From sequence record SRR22947727_3313: 36,948 nt of DNA. One strand, 5' to 3'. The position numbers and the translations under genes are program-made. The notes beneath the pieces were generated by a model, which had not been told where the DNA came from, ran no database searches, and saw only the letters and a program-made list of their open reading frames with translations. Positions 9,060 to 19,345 of this stretch are shown in pieces; within the stretch, counting starts at the first letter, position 1; every line of letters begins with the position of its first letter.

Positions 9060-9860
9060 TTAGCGATTTGCGTTTAGAAAGCCGATTACCGAGTTATTAA
9101 ACTGCTCTGGCTTTTCAGCATGCAACCAATGACCGGCGCCCTCAATTATCTCAAGTTCAGAGGCGGGAAATAGCGAACTGATCAGTGGCCGGTGTTTATC
9201 CTGAATATAGGCCGACAGTTCGCCCTTTAAGAATAAGCAGGGGCCAGCAAAAGGAGGACCCTCGGGGGCATCCACCAGGCTGTTGCTGTAGTTGGCCACA
9301 ATGGATGCAACATTGAGCTTAAGGCTAAAACCGCCATGACTATCGCGCTGCAGATTTTTTAGTATAAAGCCCCTGGTAGCCATATCGGGAATATAGCCCG
9401 CCAGTATCTGGTCTGCGACAGTGCGACTCTCGACAGTACTGTTGTGCAATTCACTAAGAGCATCCACCACATGGCTGTTTGCCTGGGGGTAATTGACTGG
9501 CGCTATATCGGCCACCACCAGACTGCACACGCGATCTGGCCAGGTCTGCGCTACCTGCATGCCAATCTTGCCGCCCAGTGAATGGCCAATCAGATGTGAT
9601 TTGGATAACCCAAGGTCATCCATAAGCTCGACAATATCCCCAGCCATTAGAGGGATAGTCATCATTTCCTCATGGGGTGAGTCTCCATGGTTGCGCAGAT
9701 CCACAGAGATAACGCGGTAGTCTGCCGACAGCTCTCGGGCCAGATTGCCCAGATTACTCAGCGAACCAAACATGCCATGCATCAGAATAATCGCAGGTTT
9801 AGCGTCCGATTCTGCTGCGCCCTTATCAGGGGCAGCCTGCTCTACATAGTTCAGCTTCAT
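9060..9860 (-). CDS. ybfF: Alpha/beta hydrolase, YbfF-like esterase
   Basis: HGMFGS, DLRNHGDS, GHSLGGK nucleophile elbow, GAGHWLHAEKP. Confidence 0.85.
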   Translation of the reverse strand: MKLNYVEQAAPDKGAAESDAKPAIILMHGMFGSLSNLGNLARELSADYRVISVDLRNHGDSPHEEMMTIPLMAGDIVELMDDLGLSKSHLIGHSLGGKIGMQVAQTWPDRVCSLVVADIAPVNYPQANSHVVDALSELHNSTVESRTVADQILAGYIPDMATRGFILKNLQRDSHGGFSLKLNVASIVANYSNSLVDAPEGPPFAGPCLFLKGELSAYIQDKHRPLISSLFPASELEIIEGAGHWLHAEKPEQFNNSVIGFLNANR

Positions 9861-9893
9861 TAATTGCTCTGGGATTACCCTTAAATTGCAGAT

Positions 9894-10721
9894 TTACTCG
9901 GCCGCGCGTTTGCGATACTTCTCTTTGTTTTTACGCCCCTGTTCATAGAGCATGGGACGCAAGCTGCGGCGCAGGCCAGGGAATAAATAACTTAACGTGG
10001 TCATTTTGGCACCAAAGGTCGGCATGGAAATCTCCGTCGCTTCGCCAGCAGCCAAAGCCACCACCGCGTCGGCCACCTGCTCCGCCGAGCTCATGGGCTG
10101 AGAGAACACAATATCTTCCACCTGATCTATCTCATCCATAATAAAGCCAGTATCGACCGGACCAGGAGAAACCACACCCACATGGATATTAGCCTCTTTT
10201 AACTCATCGGCAAGGGCATAGGTAAAGGCACGAAGCCCCGCCTTGGTGCTGGAATAAGTGGCAGCACCCTGCAGAGGCGCACGGCCAGCCAGAGACCCAA
10301 TATTGACGATGGCACCAGAGCCGGCGCGGCGTAAGAAGGGAATAGCGGCACAGGACAACACAATGGGTGCACGCAGATTAATATCAACCATAGCAGCAAC
10401 CTCTTTCGGCGCCACAGTCTCAAGATCACCGCGAGCATGCATACCGGCATTGTTAATCACCACATTCACCTGACCAAACTTGGTCTCAGCTTTTTTCAGC
10501 AGCTTGATACAGTCATTGGAATCTGCCACGTCCATAGCCACAGTCAGCACTTCGCAGCCCATACCGCGCAGTTCTTTGGAAATCTTATTCAGCCCGGCAC
10601 GACCCCGCGCGACCAGCACCAGCTTCGAATTTAGTGCAGCAAATGCCCGGGCACAGGCTGCACCCACTCCTGCAGAGGCGCCAGTAATAACCACTGTCTT
10701 GCCCGCAAAATTTGTGTTCAT
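9894..10721 (-). CDS. Short-chain dehydrogenase/reductase (probably NADP-dependent)
   Basis: TGASAGVG, basic ARGR after beta-2, NNAG, YSSTK catalytic motif, SPGPVDT. Confidence 0.92.
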   Translation of the reverse strand: MNTNFAGKTVVITGASAGVGAACARAFAALNSKLVLVARGRAGLNKISKELRGMGCEVLTVAMDVADSNDCIKLLKKAETKFGQVNVVINNAGMHARGDLETVAPKEVAAMVDINLRAPIVLSCAAIPFLRRAGSGAIVNIGSLAGRAPLQGAATYSSTKAGLRAFTYALADELKEANIHVGVVSPGPVDTGFIMDEIDQVEDIVFSQPMSSAEQVADAVVALAAGEATEISMPTFGAKMTTLSYLFPGLRRSLRPMLYEQGRKNKEKYRKRAAE

Positions 10722-10751
10722 TTTTAAACCTCTTTATTTTAATTATTCTAA

Positions 10752-11654
10752 TTACAGCAGATCGGCCAATGCATCTTCGAGGAGAGGATACTGGAAGTTA
10801 AAACCACTGTCTTGAACTTTACGCGGAATTACCCTCTGACCCTGCAATAGCAACTCTTCACCCATTTGCCCAAACAGTAGTTTAACCACTGGCCCAGGCA
10901 TGGGAAAAATAGCAGGCCGATGCAAGGCTGCGCCCAATGCCCGGGTAAAGTCGCGATTGCGCACAGGATTGGGGGCCGTTGCATTGACTGGGCCACTGAG
11001 TTCAGCCTTGTCGACAGAATATAAAATTAAAGCCACCATATCGCTGATATGAATCCAGGGCATCCACTGCCGGCCATCGCCCACCGGCCCTCCGAGGCCC
11101 AACTTAAAGGGTGGCAACATCTTGGCCAGAGCCCCCTCCTCGCCCAGCACAATGCCAGTGCGCAAACGCACCAGCCTGATGCCCAGTGACTCGAAAGGCG
11201 CCGCACTCTTCTCCCAGCTTTTACAGAGCTGATGGGAGAAGTTATCCACCGCAGCCGCTGATTCATCGACAGGCTTATCCTGAGCATTGCCTGCCCCGTA
11301 GTAACCTATTGCCGAGCCACTGACCAGCACCTCGGGTTGCTGCTCTCTGGCAGCGAAAAACTGATATAGAGCCTCGGTGGTTGCCACCCGACTACTGATA
11401 AATTTTTGCTTCCGAGCCTCAGTCCAGCGGCCAGCCGCTAAAGGTTCCCCGGCGAGGTTAACCACAGCATCTACAGTCTGCTCGTCGCCAAGCCTATCCA
11501 GCGACTCTATCAGCCTGACCTCGGCGGGCAACCTGCGGGCCGCGGCGACAGTATCACGGGTCAATACCACAACCTGCCAGCCCCGAGCACTAGCCTCAGT
11601 GCTAACATGGCGGCCAATAAAGCCAGTTCCACCAGTGATTAATATAGTCTTCAT
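10752..11654 (-). CDS. TIGR01777/YfcH family NAD-dependent epimerase-like oxidoreductase
   Basis: ITGGTGFIG, NLAGE, SGSAIGYYG, LRTGIVL, GGPVGDGRQWMPWIH, GPVNATAPNPV. Confidence 0.9.
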   Translation of the reverse strand: MKTILITGGTGFIGRHVSTEASARGWQVVVLTRDTVAAARRLPAEVRLIESLDRLGDEQTVDAVVNLAGEPLAAGRWTEARKQKFISSRVATTEALYQFFAAREQQPEVLVSGSAIGYYGAGNAQDKPVDESAAAVDNFSHQLCKSWEKSAAPFESLGIRLVRLRTGIVLGEEGALAKMLPPFKLGLGGPVGDGRQWMPWIHISDMVALILYSVDKAELSGPVNATAPNPVRNRDFTRALGAALHRPAIFPMPGPVVKLLFGQMGEELLLQGQRVIPRKVQDSGFNFQYPLLEDALADLL

Positions 11655-11800
11655 AAGGCCTCTCCTATTGGCGTTTTATACGAGCCAAAATCCATTAATG
11701 ACCACAATAATTATTTTGCTCCCCAGTCAGTGTATTGCTATTATAGTTGATCCCTGAAGTTACTAATTTTCCCTACAAACAAACACCACCGGGCATTTAT

Positions 11801-12904
11801 ATGAGTCTTGCTGATAGAGTATTGGCGGTAAACAACGATCTTCCCATTCGCACCGATGAGCCGGTGCACAGCGGCAAAGTGCGCTGCGTCTACTGGCTGA
11901 CCGAAGCCGATAGCCGCCGTCTGATCGCTGAACATAATTACGATGTAGCTCCAGATGCGCCGCTGGCCATTATGGTTATCAGTGACCGTATTTCAGCTTT
12001 CGAATGCATCTGGCGTGGCGAAGGTGGCATGAATGGTATTCCAGGTAAAGGGGCTGCACTCAACGCCATCTCTAACCAGTGGTTTAAGCTATTTCGTGAG
12101 AAGGGACTGGCTGACAGCCATATTCTCGATGTTCCCCACCCTCTGGTGTGGATTGTGCAAAAGGCCCGTCCGGTAATGATTGAAGCCATCTGCCGCCAGT
12201 ATATTACCGGCTCTATGTGGCGCTCCTACGCTAAGGGCGAGCGCGATTTCTGCGGCATACAGATAGCCGAAGGCCTGGAGCGCGATCAGAAGCTCCCCGA
12301 GCTACTGATCACTCCCTCCACCAAAGGTATTCTCACTGGTATACCAGGTGTTCCAGAGGCCGATGATGTCAATGTCTCGCGTGCGGACATCGAGAACAAC
12401 TACCAGAGCTTTAAATTTAATTCTCAGGACGATATTGATATCTATGAGAAATTACTGGGTGAAGGCTTTGACGTAATCAGTGACGAGCTGGCCAAGCTGG
12501 ACCAGATATTTGTCGACACAAAGTTTGAATTTGGCTATGTCACCGACCGTGCTGGCAACGAAAAACTCATCTATATGGATGAAGTCGGCACCCCAGATTC
12601 ATCGCGTATCTGGGATGGTCCAAGTTACCGAGAGGGTAAGGTGGTAGAGAACTCCAAAGAGGGTTTCCGCCAGCTGCTGCTCAGCCACTTCCCAGATCCG
12701 GATATTTTGCTGGACAAAAACCGTATGGATGAGCGCCGCGCTCTAGCTGAAGATAATGACCTGCCAGAGTCAGTGATGATGGCAGTCTCAGAAACCTATG
12801 TCAGCATGGCCGAGAAAATTACCGGCCAGCCACTGGTTATCTCCGATAACCCTAAAGCAGAGATTATTGAGATTCTCCAAGAAAAGTACGGGCTAATCGA
12901 CTAG
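11801..12904 (+). CDS. purC: SAICAR synthetase, long Vibrio-type (367 aa)
   Basis: ATG at 11801 ([19 protein letters not shown]); [37 protein letters not shown]. Confidence 0.93.
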   Translation: MSLADRVLAVNNDLPIRTDEPVHSGKVRCVYWLTEADSRRLIAEHNYDVAPDAPLAIMVISDRISAFECIWRGEGGMNGIPGKGAALNAISNQWFKLFREKGLADSHILDVPHPLVWIVQKARPVMIEAICRQYITGSMWRSYAKGERDFCGIQIAEGLERDQKLPELLITPSTKGILTGIPGVPEADDVNVSRADIENNYQSFKFNSQDDIDIYEKLLGEGFDVISDELAKLDQIFVDTKFEFGYVTDRAGNEKLIYMDEVGTPDSSRIWDGPSYREGKVVENSKEGFRQLLLSHFPDPDILLDKNRMDERRALAEDNDLPESVMMAVSETYVSMAEKITGQPLVISDNPKAEIIEILQEKYGLID

Positions 12905-14301
12905 CATTCGATAATATTGACTGGCACCTCGAGAACATGAGTTGCCAGTCCGCCTCGCGACGTTTCCTTGTAGCGCTTATTCATATCCTCACCCGTCTTG
13001 CGCATGGTACGAATCACCTTGTCGAGGGACACAAAATGCGAGCCATCGCCGCGCAGAGCCATGCGCGCCGCATGTATCGCTTTGACCGAAGCCATGGCAT
13101 TACGCTCTATACAGGGCACCTGCACCAGCCCGCCCACCGGGTCACAGGTGAGTCCAAGATTATGCTCCATACCAATTTCCGCAGCATTCTCAACCTGAGC
13201 AGGGCTGCCACCCAACACCTCAGCCAATGCGCCGGCAGCCATAGAACAGGCAGAACCCACCTCCCCCTGACAACCTACCTCTGCTCCGCTGATAGAAGCA
13301 TTCTTTTTATATAGAATACCAATGGCAGCAGCAGTCAGCAGAAACCTCACCACCATCTCATCCGAGGCGCCGGGAACAAATCTCATATAGTAGTGCAGTA
13401 CAGCCGGAATAATACCCGCCGCCCCATTGGTAGGCGCAGTCACCACCCGGCCGCCGGCGGCATTTTCTTCATTCACAGCCAGAGCATAGAGAGTGACCCA
13501 ATCCAGCACCGATAGTGGATCCGTCATAGCCGCCTCTGGTCTATGCAGTAACTGTTGGTGCAGCTCGCGGGCACGGCGAGGCACATTGAGACCGCCAGGC
13601 AGAATGCCGCCATTGGCAATACCATTGCCAACACAGGCCTGCATAACAGCCCATAGATGCAGCAAGCCGTCCCTGGTCTCCTGCTCAGAGCGCCAGGCTT
13701 TTTCGTTTTCAAGCATGACATCAGAGATGCTCAGCCCCTGCTCAGTGCATAGCTGTAACAACTCATTGGCACTGTCAAAACTATAGGTCAGCTGCTTGCT
13801 ATCCTCCACTATGCAGTCTGAGCCAGTTGCAGACTCATCAACCACAAAACCACCACCTACCGAGAAAAAGGTGCGCTTACTGAGCTCAGCGCCGGCCTGA
13901 TCAAAAGCCGTAAAAATCATACCGTTGGGATGGAACGCCAGCGCCTTGCGGCGGTGCAGTTTAAAGTCCAGATCATGATTGTAGTTAATTGCATGCTCCC
14001 CCAGCAGACAGAGACGTCCGTTGTCACGGATAGCCGCCACTCGTCCGGCAATAGAAGGCACATCCACCTGATCCGGAAGCTCTCCTTCTAACCCCAGCAA
14101 TACTGCCTTGGGCGTGCCATGTCCTTTGCCCGTAGCCCCCAGAGAGCCATAGAGCTCAGCAGTTATGCGGCTGACCTGATTGAGAATCCCATCAGACTTA
14201 AGAGCCCGGACAAATTGATTGCCCGCCAACATAGGCCCAACCGTATGGGAACTCGAAGGGCCTATACCCACTTTAAATAAATCAAATGCACTTATAGCCA
14301 T
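12901..14301 (-). CDS. sdaA: L-serine ammonia-lyase, single-chain Fe-S type
   Basis: [30 protein letters not shown]; three Fe-S Cys in GCQGEVG, TCDPV and PCIERN. Confidence 0.96.
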   Translation of the reverse strand: MAISAFDLFKVGIGPSSSHTVGPMLAGNQFVRALKSDGILNQVSRITAELYGSLGATGKGHGTPKAVLLGLEGELPDQVDVPSIAGRVAAIRDNGRLCLLGEHAINYNHDLDFKLHRRKALAFHPNGMIFTAFDQAGAELSKRTFFSVGGGFVVDESATGSDCIVEDSKQLTYSFDSANELLQLCTEQGLSISDVMLENEKAWRSEQETRDGLLHLWAVMQACVGNGIANGGILPGGLNVPRRARELHQQLLHRPEAAMTDPLSVLDWVTLYALAVNEENAAGGRVVTAPTNGAAGIIPAVLHYYMRFVPGASDEMVVRFLLTAAAIGILYKKNASISGAEVGCQGEVGSACSMAAGALAEVLGGSPAQVENAAEIGMEHNLGLTCDPVGGLVQVPCIERNAMASVKAIHAARMALRGDGSHFVSLDKVIRTMRKTGEDMNKRYKETSRGGLATHVLEVPVNIIEC

Positions 14302-14594
14302 GCTCTAAATCTCTACTCTTAATCTCTAGCACAATCGCCCCCAACAACCTGGGCAGAACTCAAGGCCTATTCAAGGCCCCCGTAACATTTAAAAATAGAC
14401 TATGAATAACCGTTTAGCGATATCTCAATGTTCGAGGCTGCAGATATTAAGGGCCCGTGATATTCACCGTGATAACAAAACCGACCAGAGTATGGCTGTA
14501 CCCGCCAAAGTGGATAAAAACTTCCTGAAACTATTACATTTACTGGATGTTTGAGTTAGAGTCTTGCGTTTCCAAACCGATGTGGCAGCAAGTA

Positions 14595-15071
14595 ATGACC
14601 GAACAACAAAGTATTAATATCGATGCACGCAAGCTATTTAATTTGGGCGCGAACTTATTAGTGGCCGCCTTTGTCAGGCAAAAACCGGAGGCAGCTAAAA
14701 AGCTGTTTAAGGACCTGAAACAGGGTATCAAGGTAAGCTCCGGACAGCTAACCTCAGAAAACTCAGGCGCCGTTATTCCCATTAAATTAGAGCTAGACCG
14801 CAGCGAGTATCGCGGGCAGTTTAACTTTCCCAACTTTGATATCGCCATCAGGTCACTGTTGCAAAAATTTGAAACCGAGGTGCGCAAAGATAAAGAACTT
14901 AAAGAACTGCGTACCCTTACTAATGAGGCCAATGGTGGCATTCTGTTTAATCTCCCGAGCGGTGTTGAGATCGATGGCGAAATCAATGTATTGATGATGT
15001 CGGTAGAACCCCATGACGACTGTCTGGTGGTGCGCCTGATGTTTATGGATCCCGCCCAGTTTGAAATCTAG
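14595..15071 (+). CDS. Hypothetical protein (about 158 aa)
   Basis: Protein-like composition, co-oriented 27 nt upstream of the LuxR gene. Start uncertain (ATG at 14547, 14580 or 14595). Confidence 0.7.
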   Translation: MTEQQSINIDARKLFNLGANLLVAAFVRQKPEAAKKLFKDLKQGIKVSSGQLTSENSGAVIPIKLELDRSEYRGQFNFPNFDIAIRSLLQKFETEVRKDKELKELRTLTNEANGGILFNLPSGVEIDGEINVLMMSVEPHDDCLVVRLMFMDPAQFEI

Positions 15072-15098
15072 GAAACCCTGAAATAAAGGCTCTGGATA

Positions 15099-15932
15099 AT
15101 GACTACTAGATTACAGGACTTCAGCGATAAGCTAGCAGCTATAATGCCAGAGATTGGCAGCGACCGCCTACCCTCACTGCTCCTGAGTATGCTTAAAGGT
15201 ATGGTGCCTTTCGACAATGCACTTATTATCCATTATTACCGCAGTGAAATACCCCAGGTTCATTACAACTATATTCCTCCGCTGGAGAGAGAGAGTCAGA
15301 TTGATCTGTTTATCAATGGCGCCTATCTCCTGGACCCTTTTTATCGCGCCGCCGTCGATGCAAAGCAATCTGGACTGCACAGACTGAGCGACCTGGCACC
15401 TGAGGGTTTTGAAAAAACCGAGTACTACCGCAGTTATTTCAAGCATACGGAAATCAAGGATGAAATTGGCTATATTGTTCATATTGCCCCGCATCAGTTT
15501 CTGAATATTTCTCTTAGCCGCCTATCTTTTGCCCAGCGTTTTAATCGCAGTCAGATCGCTATGCTCGCGGATATTACTGCGGTGGTAGAGACTATCTGCA
15601 AGGCGCAGTGGGGTGCGGAAATTAAGTCTAAGGATTCAACAGGCGCTGGTAACCAGCTACCTAATCAGCTGGATAGTGCGCTTAAACATTTTGGTACTGC
15701 TTATCTAACTGATCGCGAGTCTCAGGTGGTGCAGTTGTTTTTGCATGGTCATTCGACCAAGTCGATTGCGGAGCGTCTGGGAATTTCTCCTGAAACGGTT
15801 AAGCTGCATCGCAAGAATAGTTACGCTAAGTTGGATGTTTCTTCCCAGGCGGAATTGTTTTATTTGTTTATCGATTCGCTGGCCAGTTTGACTAGTTATT
15901 CTGGTGGTGATCCGTTGGTTGGGTATTTGTAG
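15099..15932 (+). CDS. LuxR-family transcriptional regulator with N-terminal sensor domain
   Basis: C-terminal HTH LTDRESQVVQLFLHGHSTKSIAERLGISPETVKLHRKNSYAKLDV; N-terminal YLLDPFY ... YYRSYF ... DEIG; no receiver domain. Confidence 0.9.
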   Translation: MTTRLQDFSDKLAAIMPEIGSDRLPSLLLSMLKGMVPFDNALIIHYYRSEIPQVHYNYIPPLERESQIDLFINGAYLLDPFYRAAVDAKQSGLHRLSDLAPEGFEKTEYYRSYFKHTEIKDEIGYIVHIAPHQFLNISLSRLSFAQRFNRSQIAMLADITAVVETICKAQWGAEIKSKDSTGAGNQLPNQLDSALKHFGTAYLTDRESQVVQLFLHGHSTKSIAERLGISPETVKLHRKNSYAKLDVSSQAELFYLFIDSLASLTSYSGGDPLVGYL

Positions 15933-15988
15933 GTATTTTTTGTTGGGGAGATCGTGCCACAGAGCATCTGGAGAGTCCCTTGAGATCA

Positions 15989-16021
15989 GTCAGGACCCGC
16001 TTATAAGCACAGTTAACCTAC
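15989..16021 (-). repeat. Degenerate REP-like imperfect palindrome with GTAG end
   Basis: Minus strand reads GTAG-GTTAACTGTGCTTATAAGCGGGTCCTGAC with core palindrome GCTTATAAGC. Lies between convergent genes; single copy in this window. Confidence 0.4.
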
Positions 16022-16040
16022 CCATGATCTCAGCAACCAA

Positions 16041-18608
16041 CTAACCAAATACCACCAAATCATCCTCCAAGCCCCCAGAAATACTATCCCCAGGCGCAAA
16101 CTTGCCAGCCAAAATACTCTCAGCCAGCGGATTCTCAATCAACTGCTGAATAGTTCGCTTCAATGGCCGCGCCCCATAAACAGGATCAAAGCCAACCTCC
16201 AACAACTTATTCATCACCGCATCACTAAGCACCAGATTCAGATCATGCTCCGCCAACCGGCGATTGAGCAACTCAAGCTGAATACCAGCAATCCCCGCCA
16301 ACTCATCTTTGGCTAACGGATGGAACACCACAGTCTCATCCACCCGATTGATAAACTCCGGCCGAAAATGCGCACCCACAACATCCATCACCGCCGACTT
16401 CATCGTCTCGTAATTCTCCTCACCCGCCAGCATCTGAATCACATCAGAGCCCAGATTAGAGGTCATCACAATCACTGTATTTTTAAAATCAACCGTACGG
16501 CCCTGACCATCAGTCAAACGACCATCGTCCAGCACCTGCAATAGAATATTAAACACATCTGGGTGAGCCTTCTCCACCTCATCCAGCAGCAGCACCGAAT
16601 AGGGGCGACGACGCACAGCCTCAGTAATATAGCCGCCCTCCTCATAGCCCACATAACCTGGAGGAGCACCAATTAGCCTGGCCACAGAATGTTTCTCCAT
16701 AAACTCCGACATATCAATGCGCACCATTGCATCCTCACTGTCGAATAAAAACTCCGCCAGAGACTTACATAATTCAGTTTTACCCACACCAGTAGGTCCC
16801 AAAAATAAAAACGAACCATTGGGCCGATTGGGATCAGCCAGACCAGCTCGGGAACGACGCACCGCATTGGACACAGCAACCACCGCCTCATTCTGACCCA
16901 TCACTCGACAGTGCAGAGACCCCTCCATGCGCAACAACTTATCGCGCTCGCCCTCCAGCATCTTAGACACTGGTATACCAGTCCATTTAGAGACCACCTC
17001 GGCAATCTCTTCCTCGGTCACCTTATTGCGCAGCAGCTGTTTTTCTGCCTGCTCCTCGGCGCCAGCACTGGCCAACTGTTTCTCAAGCTCAGGAATAATG
17101 CTGTACTGAATCTGCGCCATCTGCTCCAAATTACCAGCGCGATGGGCAGCCTCAAGATTAACCTTAGCCTGCTCAAGTTCCGCCTTAATATGGGTAGCGC
17201 CTTGCATAGAAGCTTTTTCAGCTTTCCATATTTCCTCTAAGTCAGCATATTCCTTTTCCAGCTCCGCAATATCGTCTTCAAGTTTTTTCTGACGTTTTTT
17301 AGCAGCCGCGTCACTGTCCTTTTTCACCGCCTCGCGCTCAATTTTTAATTGAATTAAGCGGCGCTCCAGACGATCCATCTCCTCCGGCTTGGAATCAATC
17401 TCCATACGAATACGACTACCCGCCTCATCAATCAGATCAATCGCCTTGTCCGGCAACTGGCGATCAGTGATATAGCGCTGGGAAAGTTTAGCCGCAGACA
17501 CAATCGCACTGTCAGTGATCTCAACGCCATGGTGCACCTCATAGCGCTCCTTCAGGCCACGGAGAATGGCAATAGTGTCCTCCTCAGTGGGTTCCTCCAC
17601 TAACACCTTCTGAAAGCGCCGCTCCAGAGCAGCATCCTTCTCAATATTCTGCCGATACTCATCCAGGGTGGTGGCACCTACACAGTGCAACTCACCCCGG
17701 GCCAGAGCAGGCTTGAGCATATTGCCCGCATCCATAGAGCCCTCGGCCTTACCCGCACCCACCATGGTATGAATCTCATCGATAAATAGAATAATCTGGC
17801 CTTCCTGCTTTGAAAGGTCCTTAAGCACCGCCTTCAGGCGCTCCTCAAAATCGCCGCGAAACTTGGCGCCCGCCAATAGCGACCCCAGATCCAATGTCAG
17901 CACCCGCTTATTCTTTAAACCCTCAGGTACTTCACCATTGACAATTCGCTGAGCCAGACCCTCAACAATCGCCGTTTTACCCACACCGGGCTCACCGATT
18001 AATACCGGGTTATTTTTAGTGCGGCGCTGCAACACTTGAATGGTGCGGCGTATCTCATCATCTCGGCCTATTACCGGATCCAGCTTGCCCTGTTCAGCTC
18101 GCTCGGTCAGATCAATGGTGTATTTATCCAGTGCCTCACGCTGGCCTTCCGCATCAGCATCGGTCACAGCCTCACCGCCACGAACAGCTTCGATGGCCGC
18201 CTTGGCTTTATTAAGATCACCAAATTTGCCCAGAGTCTTGCCCAGCAGGCCGGTATCTTCCAGAGCAGCCCAGAGGACCATTTCACTAGAGATAAACTGG
18301 TCGCCCTTCTGCTGTGCCGCGCGGTCCGCCATATTCATCAGCCGTCCCAGATCCTGGGATAAATTGGCATCACCAGTGGGCTTAGAGACCTTGGCTAACT
18401 GATCAAGCTGACTGTTTAATGCCTCCTGCAGACCATTGGCATCAAAGCCCGCACGGTTGAGGATCGGCCGCACCGAACCACCCTGCTGATTAAGCAGGGC
18501 CAAAAGTAGATGAGCGGGTTCAATAGCAGAATGATCATTGCCCACAGCAATTGACTGAGCTTCGGCAAGCGCATTTTGCAGTTGGTTAGTTAACTTATCG
18601 ATTCGCAT
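16041..18608 (-). CDS. clpB: ATP-dependent disaggregase ClpB
   Basis: Two AAA+ modules ([16 protein letters not shown]), coiled-coil M-domain, [13 protein letters not shown]; 855 aa. Confidence 0.98.
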   Translation of the reverse strand: MRIDKLTNQLQNALAEAQSIAVGNDHSAIEPAHLLLALLNQQGGSVRPILNRAGFDANGLQEALNSQLDQLAKVSKPTGDANLSQDLGRLMNMADRAAQQKGDQFISSEMVLWAALEDTGLLGKTLGKFGDLNKAKAAIEAVRGGEAVTDADAEGQREALDKYTIDLTERAEQGKLDPVIGRDDEIRRTIQVLQRRTKNNPVLIGEPGVGKTAIVEGLAQRIVNGEVPEGLKNKRVLTLDLGSLLAGAKFRGDFEERLKAVLKDLSKQEGQIILFIDEIHTMVGAGKAEGSMDAGNMLKPALARGELHCVGATTLDEYRQNIEKDAALERRFQKVLVEEPTEEDTIAILRGLKERYEVHHGVEITDSAIVSAAKLSQRYITDRQLPDKAIDLIDEAGSRIRMEIDSKPEEMDRLERRLIQLKIEREAVKKDSDAAAKKRQKKLEDDIAELEKEYADLEEIWKAEKASMQGATHIKAELEQAKVNLEAAHRAGNLEQMAQIQYSIIPELEKQLASAGAEEQAEKQLLRNKVTEEEIAEVVSKWTGIPVSKMLEGERDKLLRMEGSLHCRVMGQNEAVVAVSNAVRRSRAGLADPNRPNGSFLFLGPTGVGKTELCKSLAEFLFDSEDAMVRIDMSEFMEKHSVARLIGAPPGYVGYEEGGYITEAVRRRPYSVLLLDEVEKAHPDVFNILLQVLDDGRLTDGQGRTVDFKNTVIVMTSNLGSDVIQMLAGEENYETMKSAVMDVVGAHFRPEFINRVDETVVFHPLAKDELAGIAGIQLELLNRRLAEHDLNLVLSDAVMNKLLEVGFDPVYGARPLKRTIQQLIENPLAESILAGKFAPGDSISGGLEDDLVVFG

Positions 18609-18646
18609 GAGATACCCCGGTTAAAAATTATTGCCTGTTATATAAG

Positions 18647-18672
18647 TTGGGGATACAAAGCAGACATTTCAA
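18647..18672 (-). promoter_or_regulatory. Sigma-32 (RpoH) promoter of clpB
   Basis: Minus strand TTGAAA (18672-18667), 14 nt spacer, CCCCAA (18652-18647). Close to the TTGAAA-N13-14-CCCCAT consensus, about 40 nt upstream of the ATG. Confidence 0.8.
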
Positions 18673-18711
18673 TGGGGTCGCCCGACAGAGTTGATTAAAA
18701 TCAATGGATAT

Positions 18712-18749
18712 AAAAAAACCCTGCAACTGAACAGTTGCAGGGTCTTTTT
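18712..18749. terminator. Bidirectional intrinsic terminator after the 136-aa gene
   Basis: A-run, ACCCTGCAACTG-AA-CAGTTGCAGGGT, then CTTTTT. Confidence 0.88.
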
Positions 18750-18763
18750 GAATGGCAGAAAAC

Positions 18764-19174
18764 TTACTTCTTCGGCAACCAGATTGAGCCCAGCTGCATA
18801 ATCAGCAAAGAGCCAATAAATACGCCCTGCGCAAGGTTAGGCACTATATTAAATGCAGCGCCCGGATCCATATTCTCAACAAAGCTCTGGGCAACTGGGC
18901 TAATAGCCACATCTGCTGCCTGAAGAGAGGCCAGGCCAGCAGCGATACTGTTACTGTTCCACTCATACCAGCCAGTATTTATAGCAATAAAGTAAGCCAC
19001 GGAAAGACAAAAACCTGTTCCCACCAGTTTCGTTATCAGGTTGGAATCTTCAGAATTTCTGATACTGAGTGCCACTCGAAGCGCCACCCAAGCTAAAAAA
19101 GCTACACCAATAAATTGTGCACCGGCAGCAGATTGACCCATATTATAAGTTTGCCACATATCTAATTCAGTCAT
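18764..19174 (-). CDS. Hypothetical membrane protein, about 3 TM helices (136 aa)
   Basis: AGGGG RBS before the ATG, three hydrophobic segments, own terminator, basic C-terminus (WLPKK). Confidence 0.8.
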   Translation of the reverse strand: MTELDMWQTYNMGQSAAGAQFIGVAFLAWVALRVALSIRNSEDSNLITKLVGTGFCLSVAYFIAINTGWYEWNSNSIAAGLASLQAADVAISPVAQSFVENMDPGAAFNIVPNLAQGVFIGSLLIMQLGSIWLPKK

Positions 19175-19345
19175 GTTGTACCCCTGTAGAAAATTAATAT
19201 TAGTTCTTTAGTTGCCTACAAAAATTAGCTTTGTTCGCAGCTTCATTTTATCAGCGAGGCTACTATGTAAGGCTTAATACAAAAATGCAAATTCAGGGGC
19301 CTAGGCAAAAAAACAAAAGAACAAAGAGCAGAACAAAGATGGACC

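Noticed and set aside
14431..14441. TTCGAGGCTGC also found at about 28153
   Set aside because: Many 11-bp matches are expected by chance in 37 kb; the flanks do not extend.
14302..14546. Glycine riboswitch upstream of sdaA
   Set aside because: No GGAGA / CCGAAG / CUCUCAGG core on the minus strand.
15996..16023. dif/Xer-like geometry CCCGCTTATAA-GCACAG-TTAACCTACCC at the skew switch
   Set aside because: The XerD arm matches TTATGTTAAAT at only 5 of 11 positions and the spacer is atypical. The skew appears local rather than replichore-scale.
19319..19334. GAAC-N8-GAAC as an alphaproteobacterial LexA box
   Set aside because: Spacing should be N7, and the host appears gammaproteobacterial.
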